A DNA stretch of 61,636 nt, the filler included. It is 5 parts of 5 records of this genome, joined end to end, with 100 filler letters (N's around TTAATTAATTAA, not from the genome) between each part and the next. Parts side by side here need not be neighbours in the genome. Positions count along the whole stretch, not along the records: positions 21,589 to 30,350 come from DRR378314_2658; positions 30,451 to 43,437 come from DRR378314_2664; 3 more parts are not named here. One strand, written 5' to 3'. Under the pieces are notes generated by a model that ran no database searches, had not been told where the DNA came from, and worked only from the letters and a program-made list of their open reading frames with translations. Shown one piece after another: positions 23,065 to 34,188 of this stretch. The first letter of the stretch is position 1; every line of letters begins with the position of its first letter. Both the position numbers and the translations under genes were made by a program.

Positions 23065-23841
23065 CTATCCCGCCACCGCGCGCAGCAAGCGCTTGCGGGC
23101 GGGCGGAATGGCACCGATCTCAAGGCCGGTAAACACATGCAGCGTGTTCATATGCTTGTCGACCACCGCGTGATCGCTCACCCAGCCGCCCATCATCAGA
23201 TATGTACGCAGCAGCGGCGGCATCCGCAGCATGGCTTTCTTGGCGTCCGGTTTGCGCCGCAACCGGGCGGCAAAGCGGAATACATTCGGGGCCTTCACCC
23301 GCGGCAACCAGCGTTTCGGCGCAAGGTGGCGATGCTTCAGCATTGCAAAGGCATCGAGATACTCGGCGGTCTCGGTACCGGCAAACGACGAACAGCCAAA
23401 CAGCATCTGAATGTCCTCCCGGTCCACAAATGCGGTCATCGCGCCCCAGGCCACGCGCAGAATGTCGGGATCGCTCCAGCCCGGATGAATGCAGAATCGC
23501 CCCATCTCCACCATGCGGCCCTCGAAGTCCCGCAGGCCGGAGAGGTCATAGAACTGCGCCGAATAGGTGCGCGCGACCTCATGGCCGCCTTCCAGCACCA
23601 GCATGCGGAAACAGCAGACCAGCGCGTCGCTGCGGGTGTCCTCCACCAACACATGGGCGCAGGTGGCATCAAAGTCATCCTGATCGATTTCCGCGGTGCG
23701 AAAGCACAGGGTACGCAGGGCTTGAACCGCCGCGATGTCCACCGGGCTCGCCGCAAGCCGTGCGCGATACCGGCCTTTCGATAGCAAAGGACCGTTGGCC
23801 TCGTCTGTCGGTGAAATGTCGGACTGGGGTGTCATGGCCAT
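23065..23841 (-). CDS. GNAT family N-acyltransferase, ornithine-lipid OlsB-like
   Basis: DQDDFDATCAHVLV, EMGRFCIHP, FGCSSF, MPPLLRTYLMMGGWV. Confidence 0.8.
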   Translation of the reverse strand: MAMTPQSDISPTDEANGPLLSKGRYRARLAASPVDIAAVQALRTLCFRTAEIDQDDFDATCAHVLVEDTRSDALVCCFRMLVLEGGHEVARTYSAQFYDLSGLRDFEGRMVEMGRFCIHPGWSDPDILRVAWGAMTAFVDREDIQMLFGCSSFAGTETAEYLDAFAMLKHRHLAPKRWLPRVKAPNVFRFAARLRRKPDAKKAMLRMPPLLRTYLMMGGWVSDHAVVDKHMNTLHVFTGLEIGAIPPARKRLLRAVAG

Positions 23842-23982
23842 GAACTGCTCGCGTCTGATCTTGACTGCAATCGCGACCGCTCCGCGTCGGGGCGGCGGAT
23901 TGCTTGCATTGCTATCATGACACATGTGAAGCCCGGGTGACGAATTCATCCCCCGAGCTCATAATTTACGCGTGGTGCAGCC

Positions 23983-24453
23983 TTATTGCTGCAGGAAGCT
24001 GCCGGGGTTGAAATTGCCCAGGTTGCCGACAAGCTGTCGCAGGAATGTCTTGTCCTCCAGGCTCGAGTCGGTCACGCGGCGCTCCAGCGGAATGACCCGG
24101 CCATCCTCCAGCGTATAGCGCTGCACGCTGTCCACCACGCCTGACGATGCGAAGGTGATCGCCACCAGATCGCGCGAGACCACCTGAGGCTCCTTTGCGC
24201 CAAAGCGTTTGACCCGCGAGGTCACGTAATAATATCCGCTTTCGTCGGCCAGCGAGTCGATTGTCGGCTCCCCAACGGTTTCAGCGACCGAGTCGCGGGT
24301 ATCCACGCCGACCACAACCTCGTTCAGAAGGTCTGGTCCGGGGATCCAGCCATGCTTGCGATACTGGGCGGTACAGGCCGTCACGGCCAACACCGCTCCG
24401 ACAAGAAGCGCGCCCCGCAATGCGGTTTTTACGGTCTTCGGACTTGCAATCAT
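23983..24453 (-). CDS. bamE: Outer membrane assembly lipoprotein BamE
   Basis: VTAC lipobox, TRDSVAETVGEP, YYY; divergent from yceD. Confidence 0.85.
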   Translation of the reverse strand: MIASPKTVKTALRGALLVGAVLAVTACTAQYRKHGWIPGPDLLNEVVVGVDTRDSVAETVGEPTIDSLADESGYYYVTSRVKRFGAKEPQVVSRDLVAITFASSGVVDSVQRYTLEDGRVIPLERRVTDSSLEDKTFLRQLVGNLGNFNPGSFLQQ

Positions 24454-24539
24454 GCGCTTCCCCTGCCCTTCGGGTTGATAAAGACTGAAGTCCCGATTAC
24501 CTAACTCGGGCTTCTGGTTCAAGAAATGAAAGTACACAC

Positions 24540-25088
24540 GTGAGTTCGCACCCTTCCGAGACGACAGCCCTGCGGGTTGCCGAGTTGCCCCAGAACCGCC
24601 CGACACAGTTTTCGGTGGTTCCGGACGCAGACACACTCCGCGCCATCGCTCATGATCTGGGCGTCGACACCCTGCGCAAACTCCGCTTCGAAGGCGAGAT
24701 CAAGGCGCGCGGCAAGCGGGACTGGACCCTGACAGGCAAACTTGGCTTTACAGTCGTGCAGCCCTGCGTCGTGACGCTGGAGCCGGTGACCAGCCGGATC
24801 GACACGCAAGTGGAGCGCCTGTTCCTTGCGCATATCGCCACCCCCGAAGAGGAAGAGGTGGAAATGGCGGAGGATGACAACGTCGATGAACTGGGTGAAA
24901 CCATCTCTCCGTTTGACGTAATGGTTGAGAGTGTTGCCCTGCATCTGCCGCAGTATCCGCGCAAGGACGGCGCGGAACTGGGACAAAGCCTGCACGCTGA
25001 ACCCGGCACCAAGCCGATGACAGACGAGGACACCCGCCCCTTTGCAGGGCTTGCAGATTTGATGAAACCAAGCGACAAGGACACCTGA
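24540..25088 (+). CDS. yceD: DUF177/YceD protein
   Basis: QPCVVTLEPV, LPQYPR, PFAGLADL; upstream of rpmF. Confidence 0.88.
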   Translation: MSSHPSETTALRVAELPQNRPTQFSVVPDADTLRAIAHDLGVDTLRKLRFEGEIKARGKRDWTLTGKLGFTVVQPCVVTLEPVTSRIDTQVERLFLAHIATPEEEEVEMAEDDNVDELGETISPFDVMVESVALHLPQYPRKDGAELGQSLHAEPGTKPMTDEDTRPFAGLADLMKPSDKDT

Positions 25089-25367
25089 ACGACGCATTCG
25101 GATGTGCGGCTCTGGATGTCCTGGACTGCAATATCTGATGTCACCTGAATTCTTGCTGGCACTTACGTGCTGGCTCTCCTAAGAAAAGCCTTGCGCCGCC
25201 GAAGATTCGCAGTATTTTTGCGCGCTCATCGGAATTTTTGGTTGGACATCGGAGAGACTGCGGCCTACACGCACGTCACACCGGACGTCACACCGATTGA
25301 CACGGAAACATGAAACGCGCCCGACGGCTCTCTTGCCTGGTGGCCCTAGTTAGACAAAGGTTGAGAC

Positions 25368-25574
25368 ATGGCTGTCCAACAGAACAAAGTATCCAAATCG
25401 CGCCGCAACAACCGCCGCGCGCACGATGCTCTGGTTGCTGCAAACCCGAACGAATGCTCGAACTGCGGTGAACTGCGTCGTCCTCACCACGTGTGCCCGT
25501 CCTGCGGCCACTATGACGACAAAGAAATCGTAGCACAGGCCGACGAGATCGACCTGGACGAAGACGCGGCCTGA
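25368..25574 (+). CDS. rpmF: 50S ribosomal protein L32 (zinc-binding CxxC form)
   Basis: [23 protein letters not shown]...CPSC. Confidence 0.97.
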   Translation: MAVQQNKVSKSRRNNRRAHDALVAANPNECSNCGELRRPHHVCPSCGHYDDKEIVAQADEIDLDEDAA

Positions 25575-25615
25575 GTCGAAACGGGATCACGAATGCCAGG
25601 CAGGCACGCAGTCGT

Positions 25616-26743
25616 ATGACGGGTAACACCGCTCCATCGCAGGCAGATGCCCGCCGCACCGTGATCTCGGTGGACGCCATGGGTGGCGATGCCGGACCGG
25701 CCGTTGTGGTCGCAGGCATCGCCAAATCCGCCAAGAAGAATTCCGATATCCGGTTTCTTCTTCATGGTCCTATCGAACAGCTCGAACCACTCGTGGCCCG
25801 CAGGAAGCACTTGGCGGGCCGTGTAGAGATTCGTGACGCGCGCGACGTCGTCACGATGGAAGACAAACCCAGCCAGGTGATGCGCAACGGCAAGGGCACC
25901 AGCATGTGGTCCGCCCTCGAGGCAGTGCGCAATGGCGATGCCGCTGGTGTCGTCTCCTGTGGCAACACCGGCGCACTGATGGCGCTGTCGATGCTGCGCC
26001 TGCGCAAACTGCCGGGCGTAAACCGTCCCGCCATTGCGATTCTCTGGCCATCCCGCAACCCGCAAGGTTTCAACGTGATGCTGGATGTAGGCGCCGATGT
26101 ACGCGCCGATGCCGAGGATCTGCTGCAATACGCCTTGATGGGCACCTCCTACATCCGCAACTCGATGGATCTGCCCTGCCCGCGTGTCGGTCTGCTGAAT
26201 GTCGGCACCGAGGAACACAAGGGCCGTGCCGAGCTGAAAGAGGCCTATGCGCTGATCTCTCAGAATGCGGAAAAGGCCAACTACGAGTTTGTCGGCTTTG
26301 TTGAAGGCAGCGACATTCCCGGCGACATCGCAGATGTGATTGTCACAGATGGCTTTACCGGCAATGTGGCGATCAAGACCGGCGAAGGCACCGCAAGTCT
26401 TCTGCGCTCCGCGATGCGCGAGGCGTTTGAATATTCGATTCTGTCGCGGCTTGCCGCGCTTCTGGCCTATACATCTCTGTCGCGACTGTCGAAACGGATC
26501 GATCCGCGGCGGGTCAATGGCGGCATTTTTCTTGGCCTCAACGGCACTGTGGTGAAATCCCACGGCGGCGCCGATGCGACCGGGGTGTCCGCCGCAATCA
26601 AACTAGCGTTTCTTCTTGCAGAACAAGGCTTTGCGGAAAAGCTTGCAGCCCGGGTTGCATCCGCCGTAGAGCTTGCCCAAGATGACGCAACGTCCGCAGA
26701 CGCGGTCGGTCCCGGCGATTCTGAGTCCGGGAGCACGAAGTAG
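25616..26743 (+). CDS. plsX: Phosphate acyltransferase
   Basis: SVDAMGGD, SCGNTGAL, VTDGFTGNV, VKSHG. Confidence 0.96.
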   Translation: MTGNTAPSQADARRTVISVDAMGGDAGPAVVVAGIAKSAKKNSDIRFLLHGPIEQLEPLVARRKHLAGRVEIRDARDVVTMEDKPSQVMRNGKGTSMWSALEAVRNGDAAGVVSCGNTGALMALSMLRLRKLPGVNRPAIAILWPSRNPQGFNVMLDVGADVRADAEDLLQYALMGTSYIRNSMDLPCPRVGLLNVGTEEHKGRAELKEAYALISQNAEKANYEFVGFVEGSDIPGDIADVIVTDGFTGNVAIKTGEGTASLLRSAMREAFEYSILSRLAALLAYTSLSRLSKRIDPRRVNGGIFLGLNGTVVKSHGGADATGVSAAIKLAFLLAEQGFAEKLAARVASAVELAQDDATSADAVGPGDSESGSTK

Positions 26744-26758
26744 AAGGCAGGCAAACGA

Positions 26759-27730
26759 ATGACGCGACGCGCAGTGGTGATTGGCGCAGGGCACTACCTC
26801 CCGGAACGCATTGTAGAAAACGCGGAATTCGAAGCCACGCTGGAGACCTCCGACGAATGGATTCGCTCCCGGTCCGGCATCGAACGCCGCCATTTCGCCG
26901 CTGAGGATGAAACCACCTCGCAGATGGCGACCCGTGCGGCTGAGGCTGCGCTGAAATCCGCCGGTCGCTCAGCCGAGGATGTCGACGCCATCATTCTGGC
27001 GACCTCCACTGCCGATCTGACCTTCCCCTCCGCCGCCACCATGGTGCAGTCGCAGCTGGGCATGACCAAAGGCTTCGCTTTTGACGTCCAGGCGGTTTGC
27101 GCCGGTTTCGTCTATGCCCTGTCCAATGCCAATGCGCTCATCGTGTCCGGTCAGGCTGATCGGGTATTGGTCATCGGCGCTGAGACCTTCTCACGCATCA
27201 TGGATTGGACTGATCGCTCGACCTGCGTGCTGTTTGGTGATGGCGCCGGTGCGATTCTTCTGGAGGCCCAAGAGGGCGACGGCACCAGTGCTGATCGTGG
27301 TGTTCTGGCCACAGATCTGAACTCCGATGGTCGCTACAAGGACCTTCTCTACGTGGATGGTGGCGTCTCGACCCAATCCACCGGTCATCTGCGCATGCAG
27401 GGCAATCAGGTCTTCCGGCACGCGGTCGAAAAACTCGCGTCCACCGCAACGACGGCTCTGGACCGGGCGGGCGCCAGCACCGACGATGTGGACTGGATCG
27501 TGCCGCATCAGGCCAATATCCGCATCATTCAAGGCACAGCAAAGAAAATGGGCTTGCCCATGGACAAGGTGGTCGTAACGGTACAGGATCATGGGAATAC
27601 CTCCGCAGCCTCCATTCCGCTGGCACTTTCCGTCGGCGTCGAGCGTGGCCAGATCAAACAAGGTGATCTCATCGTGACCGAAGCCATCGGCGGCGGTCTG
27701 GCGTGGGGTGCCGTGGTTTTGCGGTGGTAA
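26759..27730 (+). CDS. fabH: Beta-ketoacyl-ACP synthase III
   Basis: AVCAGF, PHQANIRII, GNTSAASIP catalytic triad. Confidence 0.97.
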   Translation: MTRRAVVIGAGHYLPERIVENAEFEATLETSDEWIRSRSGIERRHFAAEDETTSQMATRAAEAALKSAGRSAEDVDAIILATSTADLTFPSAATMVQSQLGMTKGFAFDVQAVCAGFVYALSNANALIVSGQADRVLVIGAETFSRIMDWTDRSTCVLFGDGAGAILLEAQEGDGTSADRGVLATDLNSDGRYKDLLYVDGGVSTQSTGHLRMQGNQVFRHAVEKLASTATTALDRAGASTDDVDWIVPHQANIRIIQGTAKKMGLPMDKVVVTVQDHGNTSAASIPLALSVGVERGQIKQGDLIVTEAIGGGLAWGAVVLRW

Positions 27731-27751
27731 TGCGGACGAAACCACGCCTTC

Positions 27752-27770
27752 CAATTCATTGATATTGACA
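27752..27770 (+). promoter_or_regulatory. IHF consensus site abutting a TTGACA -35 box of the ihfA promoter
   Basis: Minus strand 27764-27752 reads TATCAATGAATTG (WATCAANNNNTTR); TTGACA at 27765-27770. Confidence 0.65.
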
Positions 27771-27817
27771 GGGAAATTCTCAACACCCTATTGTTTTTGA
27801 AAACAACGGGGATGGCG

Positions 27818-28120
27818 ATGACCGAAAAAACAATTACGAGAATGGATCTGAGCGAGGCCGTGTTCCGCGAGGTTGGCCTGTCACGCAACGAAAGTGCCCA
27901 ACTGGTGGAGAGCATGTTGCAACATATGTCCGACGCCCTGGTGCGCGGCGAACAGGTCAAGATTTCCTCGTTCGGCACCTTCAGCGTGCGTGATAAATCC
28001 GCCCGTGTGGGCCGCAACCCGAAGACCGGCGAAGAAGTTCCGATCCAACCGCGCCGAGTGCTGACATTCCGGCCATCTCACCTGATGAAAGACCGCGTCG
28101 CAGACGGAAACCGAAAGTAG
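27818..28120 (+). CDS. ihfA: Integration host factor alpha subunit
   Basis: [25 protein letters not shown]. Confidence 0.97.
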   Translation: MTEKTITRMDLSEAVFREVGLSRNESAQLVESMLQHMSDALVRGEQVKISSFGTFSVRDKSARVGRNPKTGEEVPIQPRRVLTFRPSHLMKDRVADGNRK

Positions 28121-28219
28121 CGCGTCCACGACTGATCAGTCAGTTACCAAACTGGCCCCGCGTGCGGGGCCGCATCCAGTTGCGCCGCTGCGCGCCACCG
28201 ATACAAGAGGGTTGCCCCA

Positions 28220-30217
28220 ATGTCCAAGTCACCTGACGCCTTTCGCACCATCAGCGAAGTCGCGGAATGGCTGGATATCCAAGCCCATGTGTTGCGGTTC
28301 TGGGAAAGCAAGTTCACTCAGGTAAAGCCGGTAAAGCGGGCCGGCGGACGGCGCTATTATCGCCCGACCGACATGCTACTGCTCGGCGGTATCCAGCACC
28401 TGCTGCATGACAAGGGGCTGTCGATCAAGGAAGCTCAGGCGCTTGTCCGCGAAGAAGGCGTTCAGCATGTGCAAAGCCTTTCCAAGCCACTGGATGCAGA
28501 GGAAACCCAGGACGCAACGCCGCCAATCGACGCCAGGCCCACCAGCAAATGGGTCGATCCGGACACACACCAGCCCCCGGCGTCCGACACGCCACGCCGC
28601 CCTGTGGTGGACCGAGATCCGCCGGAAGAGGCCGATCAGCCTCTGCGTAAGGCTGCGCCGCCGGCACCTCCGCCATTCACTGCCCCGCAGCCGGTGGCGG
28701 CGCTTGATCACACAGATGATCACGCTGAACCGCCCGCACCAGATGCTCAAAGCGCCGAGACACCGGCAGAGGAGGCTACAGCGGCCACCCCTACCGCAAT
28801 CGCGCCCTCCGATCACCTCGATGCGGCCGATGCCCCCTCGGACCCTATAGCGCAGGAGCGCGCCGCCGCCCCGGCGGATACCCCCCAGCCCACCGCACCG
28901 GAACGCCCAGCAGAATCGGATGATGCTGTTCCACAGTCCCAAGAGCGTCCTGCAGAGACACCTCCGCTTGCGACCTCCGCATCGAGCGTGGGGCATGAGT
29001 CTGCAGAATCGACCGGGATTGCCTCAGATGCGGTTGAAGATGCGGTAGACGAAACGCCACTCGAGGCCAACGCAGGCAACACCGAGGGCCAAATCGCCAT
29101 GCCCTTTGAGCGACCAGACGCTGCGCCGCGGCCACATGATTTGACGGAGCAGGTTCCCCCTACTGTTCATGCCGTGCACAAGCCGGCCTCAGATGTAGCT
29201 CCCGATAACGCATCCACCGCTCAGCAAGACTTCTTTTCTTCATCGACCGCCGCACAAACCGAGCCCCCTGCTGACGAGAGCGCCCAGAGCGCTTCACCCC
29301 AGCTTTCCACCCCGCCTTCAGGGCCAGAGCCGTCAACAACGGCAGCACCGAAGGCCGCCTCATCTGAGCCATCCGTCCCTACCGCTGCCCCTCAAAGCGC
29401 AGCCGCTCCGGCATCTCTTCCATCCGAAGATGTAGCGCCAGAGACGGATATGTTTACCTCGCCTGACGCGGCGGGCGAGACCGGGCTTTCAACGCAACGC
29501 GCCTCCGTGGCCGCTGAAGACGCTTCCACAGACGCCCCCGCCGCCGCCAGCGAAAGCGACCCCGAGATCGAGAGTCCGAACAGTGCCCCGACTGCTCCGG
29601 CGCCGTTGACGTCGCCATCAGTAGATGGTGAGCGCCCTGAGCCGTCCAGAACTGCAGAAGATATCGCACGTGCCATGGCAACCATGGCGGCGATCATACC
29701 TGGCCAGGATCCCCCCCCTGCACCGGCAGTCGCAAACGATGACGGGCAGACAATCCCTCCAGATATGCCTGCCGGTGATGCGCCGGATGCGCCAATCGAT
29801 GCGTCAGAAGCACCAAACACATCGGAAGACTCCGTAGAGACCCCGCTCTCCGCCTTGGACGACGCATCAGATGCCACGGATCTGTCCAGCGAAAATGACG
29901 TCGGTGAAGCCGCAACGGAGACCGAAAACACGCCCAGCGACATGGCCTCGCCCGGTGAATTCTCGACCGACCATCCGGATGAAGACGAAAATGTGCCGGA
30001 CAGCGATCCATCGCATGCGGTACAAGAGTTGACGGACGATCAGTCGCCGCAGGTTGCCGTGCAGCCGCGGGTCGTCGATGTCCCTGATGAGCCGCAAGGA
30101 ACCATTCCTGCCGGGGTTCTTCAGCGTTTGTCCTCAGTAGCTGCACAGTCACCCGCGCAGTCCGCGGTGTTAAGCGAAATCATCGAGGATCTGCGCCACT
30201 TTGGACAGCAGCGCTGA
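28220..30217 (+). CDS. MerR-family HTH protein with a very long Pro/Ala/acidic low-complexity extension
   Basis: [32 protein letters not shown]...GGRRYY HTH; open frame of 665 aa. Confidence 0.88.
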   Translation: MSKSPDAFRTISEVAEWLDIQAHVLRFWESKFTQVKPVKRAGGRRYYRPTDMLLLGGIQHLLHDKGLSIKEAQALVREEGVQHVQSLSKPLDAEETQDATPPIDARPTSKWVDPDTHQPPASDTPRRPVVDRDPPEEADQPLRKAAPPAPPPFTAPQPVAALDHTDDHAEPPAPDAQSAETPAEEATAATPTAIAPSDHLDAADAPSDPIAQERAAAPADTPQPTAPERPAESDDAVPQSQERPAETPPLATSASSVGHESAESTGIASDAVEDAVDETPLEANAGNTEGQIAMPFERPDAAPRPHDLTEQVPPTVHAVHKPASDVAPDNASTAQQDFFSSSTAAQTEPPADESAQSASPQLSTPPSGPEPSTTAAPKAASSEPSVPTAAPQSAAAPASLPSEDVAPETDMFTSPDAAGETGLSTQRASVAAEDASTDAPAAASESDPEIESPNSAPTAPAPLTSPSVDGERPEPSRTAEDIARAMATMAAIIPGQDPPPAPAVANDDGQTIPPDMPAGDAPDAPIDASEAPNTSEDSVETPLSALDDASDATDLSSENDVGEAATETENTPSDMASPGEFSTDHPDEDENVPDSDPSHAVQELTDDQSPQVAVQPRVVDVPDEPQGTIPAGVLQRLSSVAAQSPAQSAVLSEIIEDLRHFGQQR

Positions 30218-30320
30218 TCCGCCTTTCTGGCGAGGACAAAATGAGGCGCGTTGAAAAAGCGCGGAAAAAGCAAATTCGCCTCTTGCCCCTGCCGCAAAAA
30301 GCAGTAGAAAGCTCCAACAA

Positions 30321-30350
30321 CGGGCTATGGCGCAGCCTGGTAGCGCGTCC
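30321..30350 (+). tRNA. tRNA-Pro, 5' portion only (cut by the contig end before the anticodon)
   Basis: CGGGCTATGGCGCAGCCTGGTAGCGCGTCC is a tRNA-Pro-type acceptor stem and D-arm; usual position after ihfA-merR. Confidence 0.8.
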
Positions 30351-30450
30351 NNNNNNNNNNNNNNNNNNNNNNNNNNNNNNNNNNNNNNNNNNNNTTAATT
30401 AATTAANNNNNNNNNNNNNNNNNNNNNNNNNNNNNNNNNNNNNNNNNNNN
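30351..30450. other. Artificial contig spacer
   Basis: 44 N + TTAATTAATTAA + 44 N. Confidence 0.97.
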
Positions 30451-30556
30451 AAAAGGTGTCTGAGCGCAGCGAGTTCTTTTCCCAGAAGAAAGCACCACGA
30501 TGCCCTCCAGGCCCCACAAACCAGCAGGCTACAAAAAGAGGGCAAACTCCAAAAGC

Positions 30557-31879
30557 CTAAAGAACCATAGCCGCCAACCACCCAAAGCCCAACAAAGGCA
30601 GGTTGTAGTGCAGGAACGTCGGCACCACCGTATCCCAGATGTGGTTGTGCTGGCCGTCGACGTTTAGGCCGGCGGTGGGGCCGAGGGTGGAGTCGGAGGC
30701 CGGGGAACCGGCGTCGCCAAGGGCACCGGCAGTGCCCACCAGGGCCACAATGGCCAGGGGGCTGAAGCCCAGTTCCAGGGCCAGGGGCACGTACAGGGCA
30801 GCGATGATGGGAATGGTGGAGAACGAAGAGCCGATGCCCATGGTGATCAGCAGGCCGACCACCAGCATCAGTAGCGCGGCCAGCGCCTTGTTGTCGCCGA
30901 TGGCAGAGACAGACCCTTCCACCAGGGTGGCGATGTCGCCGGTTTCACGCATGACCTCCGCAAAGCCCGAGGCGGCGATCATGATGAAGCCGATCATCGC
31001 GAGCATTTTCATGCCTTCGGTGAAAAGGTCGTCGGCTTCTTTCCATTTGACCACGCCGGACAGGTTGAACAGTACAAAGCCCGCCAGCGCCCCCAGAATC
31101 ATCGAACCCAGCCAGAGTTGAACCACGAACGCAGCGACAATCGCCACCAGGGCCATGAGCAGCGTGCCGCCGTTGTAGGTGACATCCACCCGCTCGGTGC
31201 GGGCGATGGCGTCCAGGTTGTAGTGTCGTTCTCCCCTGTAGCTGAAGAACACCGCCACCAGCAAACCACAGAGCATGCCCAGGGCTGGCAGGGCCATGGC
31301 AGACATAACATTGAGGTTGGTGGCGTCGATGCCGTTTTCGCCGACGTTCGCCAGCAGGATCTCGTTCAGGTAGATGCCTCCGAACCCCACGGGTAGGAAC
31401 ATGTAGGGGGTAATCAGGCCGAAGGTCAGTACGCAGGCCACCAGTCGGCGGTCCATGTTCAGTTTGGCCATCACATACAGAAGCGGTGGCACCACCAGCG
31501 GGATGAAGGCGATGTGGATGGGCAGGATGTTCTGGGACGACATGGCAATCGCCAGCAGCAGGCCGATGATCAGCAGGCGGATGCCACCGGCGGCTTTGCC
31601 GTCATCCTGCCGGCCCACCAGGCCCAGTGCTTTGTCGGCCAGGGCGTGGGCGAGGCCGGATTTTCCGATGGCGACGGCGAATGCCCCGAGGGTGGCGTAA
31701 GACAGCGCGACGGTTGCGCCGCCTCCCAGGCCCTCATTGAACGCGGCAATGGTGGCGTCCAACGACAGGCCACTGATCAGACCGCCGGCGACGGCACCAA
31801 GAATCAGGGCGACAACAACGTGGATGCGGCACAAGCTCAGCACGAGCATGATCACTACCGCAGCAACAACGGCATTCAT
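30557..31879 (-). CDS. Na+/H+ antiporter-family (YuiF-like) transporter
   Basis: About 12 TM segments; [37 protein letters not shown]. Confidence 0.85.
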   Translation of the reverse strand: MNAVVAAVVIMLVLSLCRIHVVVALILGAVAGGLISGLSLDATIAAFNEGLGGGATVALSYATLGAFAVAIGKSGLAHALADKALGLVGRQDDGKAAGGIRLLIIGLLLAIAMSSQNILPIHIAFIPLVVPPLLYVMAKLNMDRRLVACVLTFGLITPYMFLPVGFGGIYLNEILLANVGENGIDATNLNVMSAMALPALGMLCGLLVAVFFSYRGERHYNLDAIARTERVDVTYNGGTLLMALVAIVAAFVVQLWLGSMILGALAGFVLFNLSGVVKWKEADDLFTEGMKMLAMIGFIMIAASGFAEVMRETGDIATLVEGSVSAIGDNKALAALLMLVVGLLITMGIGSSFSTIPIIAALYVPLALELGFSPLAIVALVGTAGALGDAGSPASDSTLGPTAGLNVDGQHNHIWDTVVPTFLHYNLPLLGFGWLAAMVL

Positions 31880-31992
31880 GGCAAAACTCCGGGATGTCGG
31901 GAATGGCTTTCAGCGCCCCGGGGATGGGCGCGGTTCTGGAAAGCGGGCTAATGTGCCGGAATCGAGGGCTGCAGTCAAAAGTGTGATGGCAA

Positions 31993-32223
31993 TTATTTGT
32001 CGCCGACGTAGGTAAATCGGGGCACCTCTTCCCCCGCGACGTTGACGGTTTCCTGGAACATTGCCAACGGCCGTACCCAAAGGCTGTAGTCGCCGTAGAG
32101 GCAGCGATAGATCACCATCTGCTCTTCGGTTTCACTGTGGCGGGCCACGCCGATAACGTCATAGTCGTTGCCCTTATAGTGGCGATAAAGGCCTGGGCGG
32201 AGTTCCGGCTTTCTGTCGGTCAT
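31993..32223 (-). CDS. DUF1653 protein
   Basis: GLYRHYKG, ARHSET, LWVRPLAMF. Confidence 0.9.
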   Translation of the reverse strand: MTDRKPELRPGLYRHYKGNDYDVIGVARHSETEEQMVIYRCLYGDYSLWVRPLAMFQETVNVAGEEVPRFTYVGDK

Positions 32224-32383
32224 CGTCTTTCTCCATGCGGGTTTTTGCTAGGCACTTGTCCGGGGCGGACTTACTCCCCCTAAACGTATAGACTGACAGT
32301 GAACAAGTGCAGGGAGGCGTCGGGACTGACTGTTGGCACCGACAGTTTAGTTGAGTTTTTTGGTTCCGGGTAACACGGTCACT

Positions 32384-34186
32384 ATGAAATCGGTTTTTGC
32401 CTGCCAACTCTTGCGAATACTGTTGTTGGCTCTCATTACGACAGCCGGTCCGGCCCGTGCTGACGGGGCGTCAGTTGCCTGGCTTAAAGCGCCAGGCCCG
32501 GAATCGGGGGTGGAGGATATCCGCGCTCTACCGGAATCACAATGGCGGCAGGCCACAGCGGAAGAAACCCTGAATCTCGGGTTCAGCGACGGCAGCTTCT
32601 GGCTTCGGGTGGGGGTGCCCGCGGATCCCGCCAATCGTGTTCTGGAAATCGGCTATCCCCTTTTGGACGATGTCCGGGTTTACTGGTATGTGGGCAATGA
32701 ACGAGTGGAAAGCCATGCCACTGGTGACCGCCGGGTCTTCGATAGCCGTCCCATTCACCATCGCAACTTTGTCTTCCTTGTACCGTCCAATTCAGAACTG
32801 GCCACAGCCTATATCCGTGTGCAGAGCGAGGGCGCTGTGCAGATACCCGTACGGGTAATTGATTCGACGGACTTCCTGGCTGGGGAGCAACTGGATTACG
32901 GCTGGCAGGCGGTCTTTCTGGGGATCATGATCTCGATGGCCCTCTACAATCTGTTCGTCTTCGTGACCATACGGTACCTGGCGTATCTGTGGTACGTACT
33001 GACGGTTGTCTCATCCGCATTGGTGTTGCTGAATTTCAATGGCCTGGTTTTCCAGTGGCTCTGGCCCGATATGCCGATCATGAATCGTTACTTCACCGCG
33101 CCGGCAATCTCCGCCAACATTCTGTTTGCAGCCCTGTTCACCCTGAACTTTCTGGCTGTGAGGAAATACAGTCCGTTGTCTTACCGCCTGCTGCAACTGA
33201 TTGTCCTGTTCAGTGTTTGCAGCTTCGTATACGGCTTGTTCGGCCCCTACCATAGCGCCATTGTCATCATCAGCGTCGCGGCGGCCGTTATCACCCCTGT
33301 GACCTGGGTCCTCGGCCTGATTGTCTGGCGTAAGGGGCAGGTTCTCGCGGGGTTCTATGTACTGGCGTGGACGCCGCTGCTGCTGGGCCATCTGGTGATG
33401 GCCATCAGTAAAATCGGCCTGATCCCGACCAGTACCCTGACGGAGCAGGCGCCCCAGTTGGGGGTGGCGTTGGAGGTGATTCTGTTGTCGTTTGCCCTGG
33501 CTTACCGCTTCAATCTTGAGCGTCAGCGCAGGCTAGCGGCCCAGGACCACGCCCTGGAGATCCAGCGCCAGGCCAATCAGACCCTGGAAGCGCGCGTTCA
33601 GGCCCGTACAGAGGAGTTGGAGCAAGCCAACGAGCAACTCAAAGCGGTCTCCATTACCGATGGCCTGACCCAGGTGGCCAATCGTCGGCGGTTTGACGAA
33701 AAACTGGACACCGAATGGCATCGCGCTTTGCGGCAGGGGCAATCGCTCAGCCTGGTCCTCCTCGACATCGATTATTTCAAACGGATCAACGATAACCTCG
33801 GCCATCTCGTGGGTGACGACTGCCTGATCAGCATTGCCCAGGTGTGTGCCGCGGAAATCCAGCGTTCAGGGGACCTTCTGGCCCGGTATGGCGGGGAAGA
33901 GTTCAGCGTGTTACTACCCGCCACGGATGAAGCCGGGGCCGTGAGCGTGGCGGAACGTCTGCGAGTGGCGGTTGCGAGAACACCGGTTCACGTGGGGGAA
34001 TATGTCAGCCCGGTGAACCTGTCGGTCAGTGTGGGAGTGGCGACGATGGTCCCCGAGGCTGGCATGCGGCCTTCCGAACTCATCGGCCGGGCCGACGAGG
34101 CGCTGTATGCGGCGAAGGGCGCTGGACGCAACCGGGCAATGGTATTCCGGAACAGTGGCGCCCAGGCCATCGGGGCTCTTGTGTAG
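32384..34186 (+). CDS. 7TM-DISM sensor diguanylate cyclase
   Basis: Signal peptide, DISMED2-like domain, 7 TM helices, coiled coil, DGLTQVANRR, RSGD I-site and intact GGEEF. Confidence 0.92.
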   Translation: MKSVFACQLLRILLLALITTAGPARADGASVAWLKAPGPESGVEDIRALPESQWRQATAEETLNLGFSDGSFWLRVGVPADPANRVLEIGYPLLDDVRVYWYVGNERVESHATGDRRVFDSRPIHHRNFVFLVPSNSELATAYIRVQSEGAVQIPVRVIDSTDFLAGEQLDYGWQAVFLGIMISMALYNLFVFVTIRYLAYLWYVLTVVSSALVLLNFNGLVFQWLWPDMPIMNRYFTAPAISANILFAALFTLNFLAVRKYSPLSYRLLQLIVLFSVCSFVYGLFGPYHSAIVIISVAAAVITPVTWVLGLIVWRKGQVLAGFYVLAWTPLLLGHLVMAISKIGLIPTSTLTEQAPQLGVALEVILLSFALAYRFNLERQRRLAAQDHALEIQRQANQTLEARVQARTEELEQANEQLKAVSITDGLTQVANRRRFDEKLDTEWHRALRQGQSLSLVLLDIDYFKRINDNLGHLVGDDCLISIAQVCAAEIQRSGDLLARYGGEEFSVLLPATDEAGAVSVAERLRVAVARTPVHVGEYVSPVNLSVSVGVATMVPEAGMRPSELIGRADEALYAAKGAGRNRAMVFRNSGAQAIGALV

Positions 34187-34188
34187 GG

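Noticed and set aside
21749-23173. 474-aa plus-strand ORF
   Set aside because: Antisense shadow of the GC-rich ABC-F gene.
25511-26563. 350-aa minus-strand ORF
   Set aside because: Antisense shadow of plsX.
27792-27805. TGTT-N6-AACA palindrome as a CceR-like site
   Set aside because: Short motif, and ihfA is not a target I can support; it may be chance.
30451-30500. Contig-end sequence resembling an intergenic repeat of Marinobacter-like genomes
   Set aside because: Single truncated copy; repetition cannot be shown from this window.
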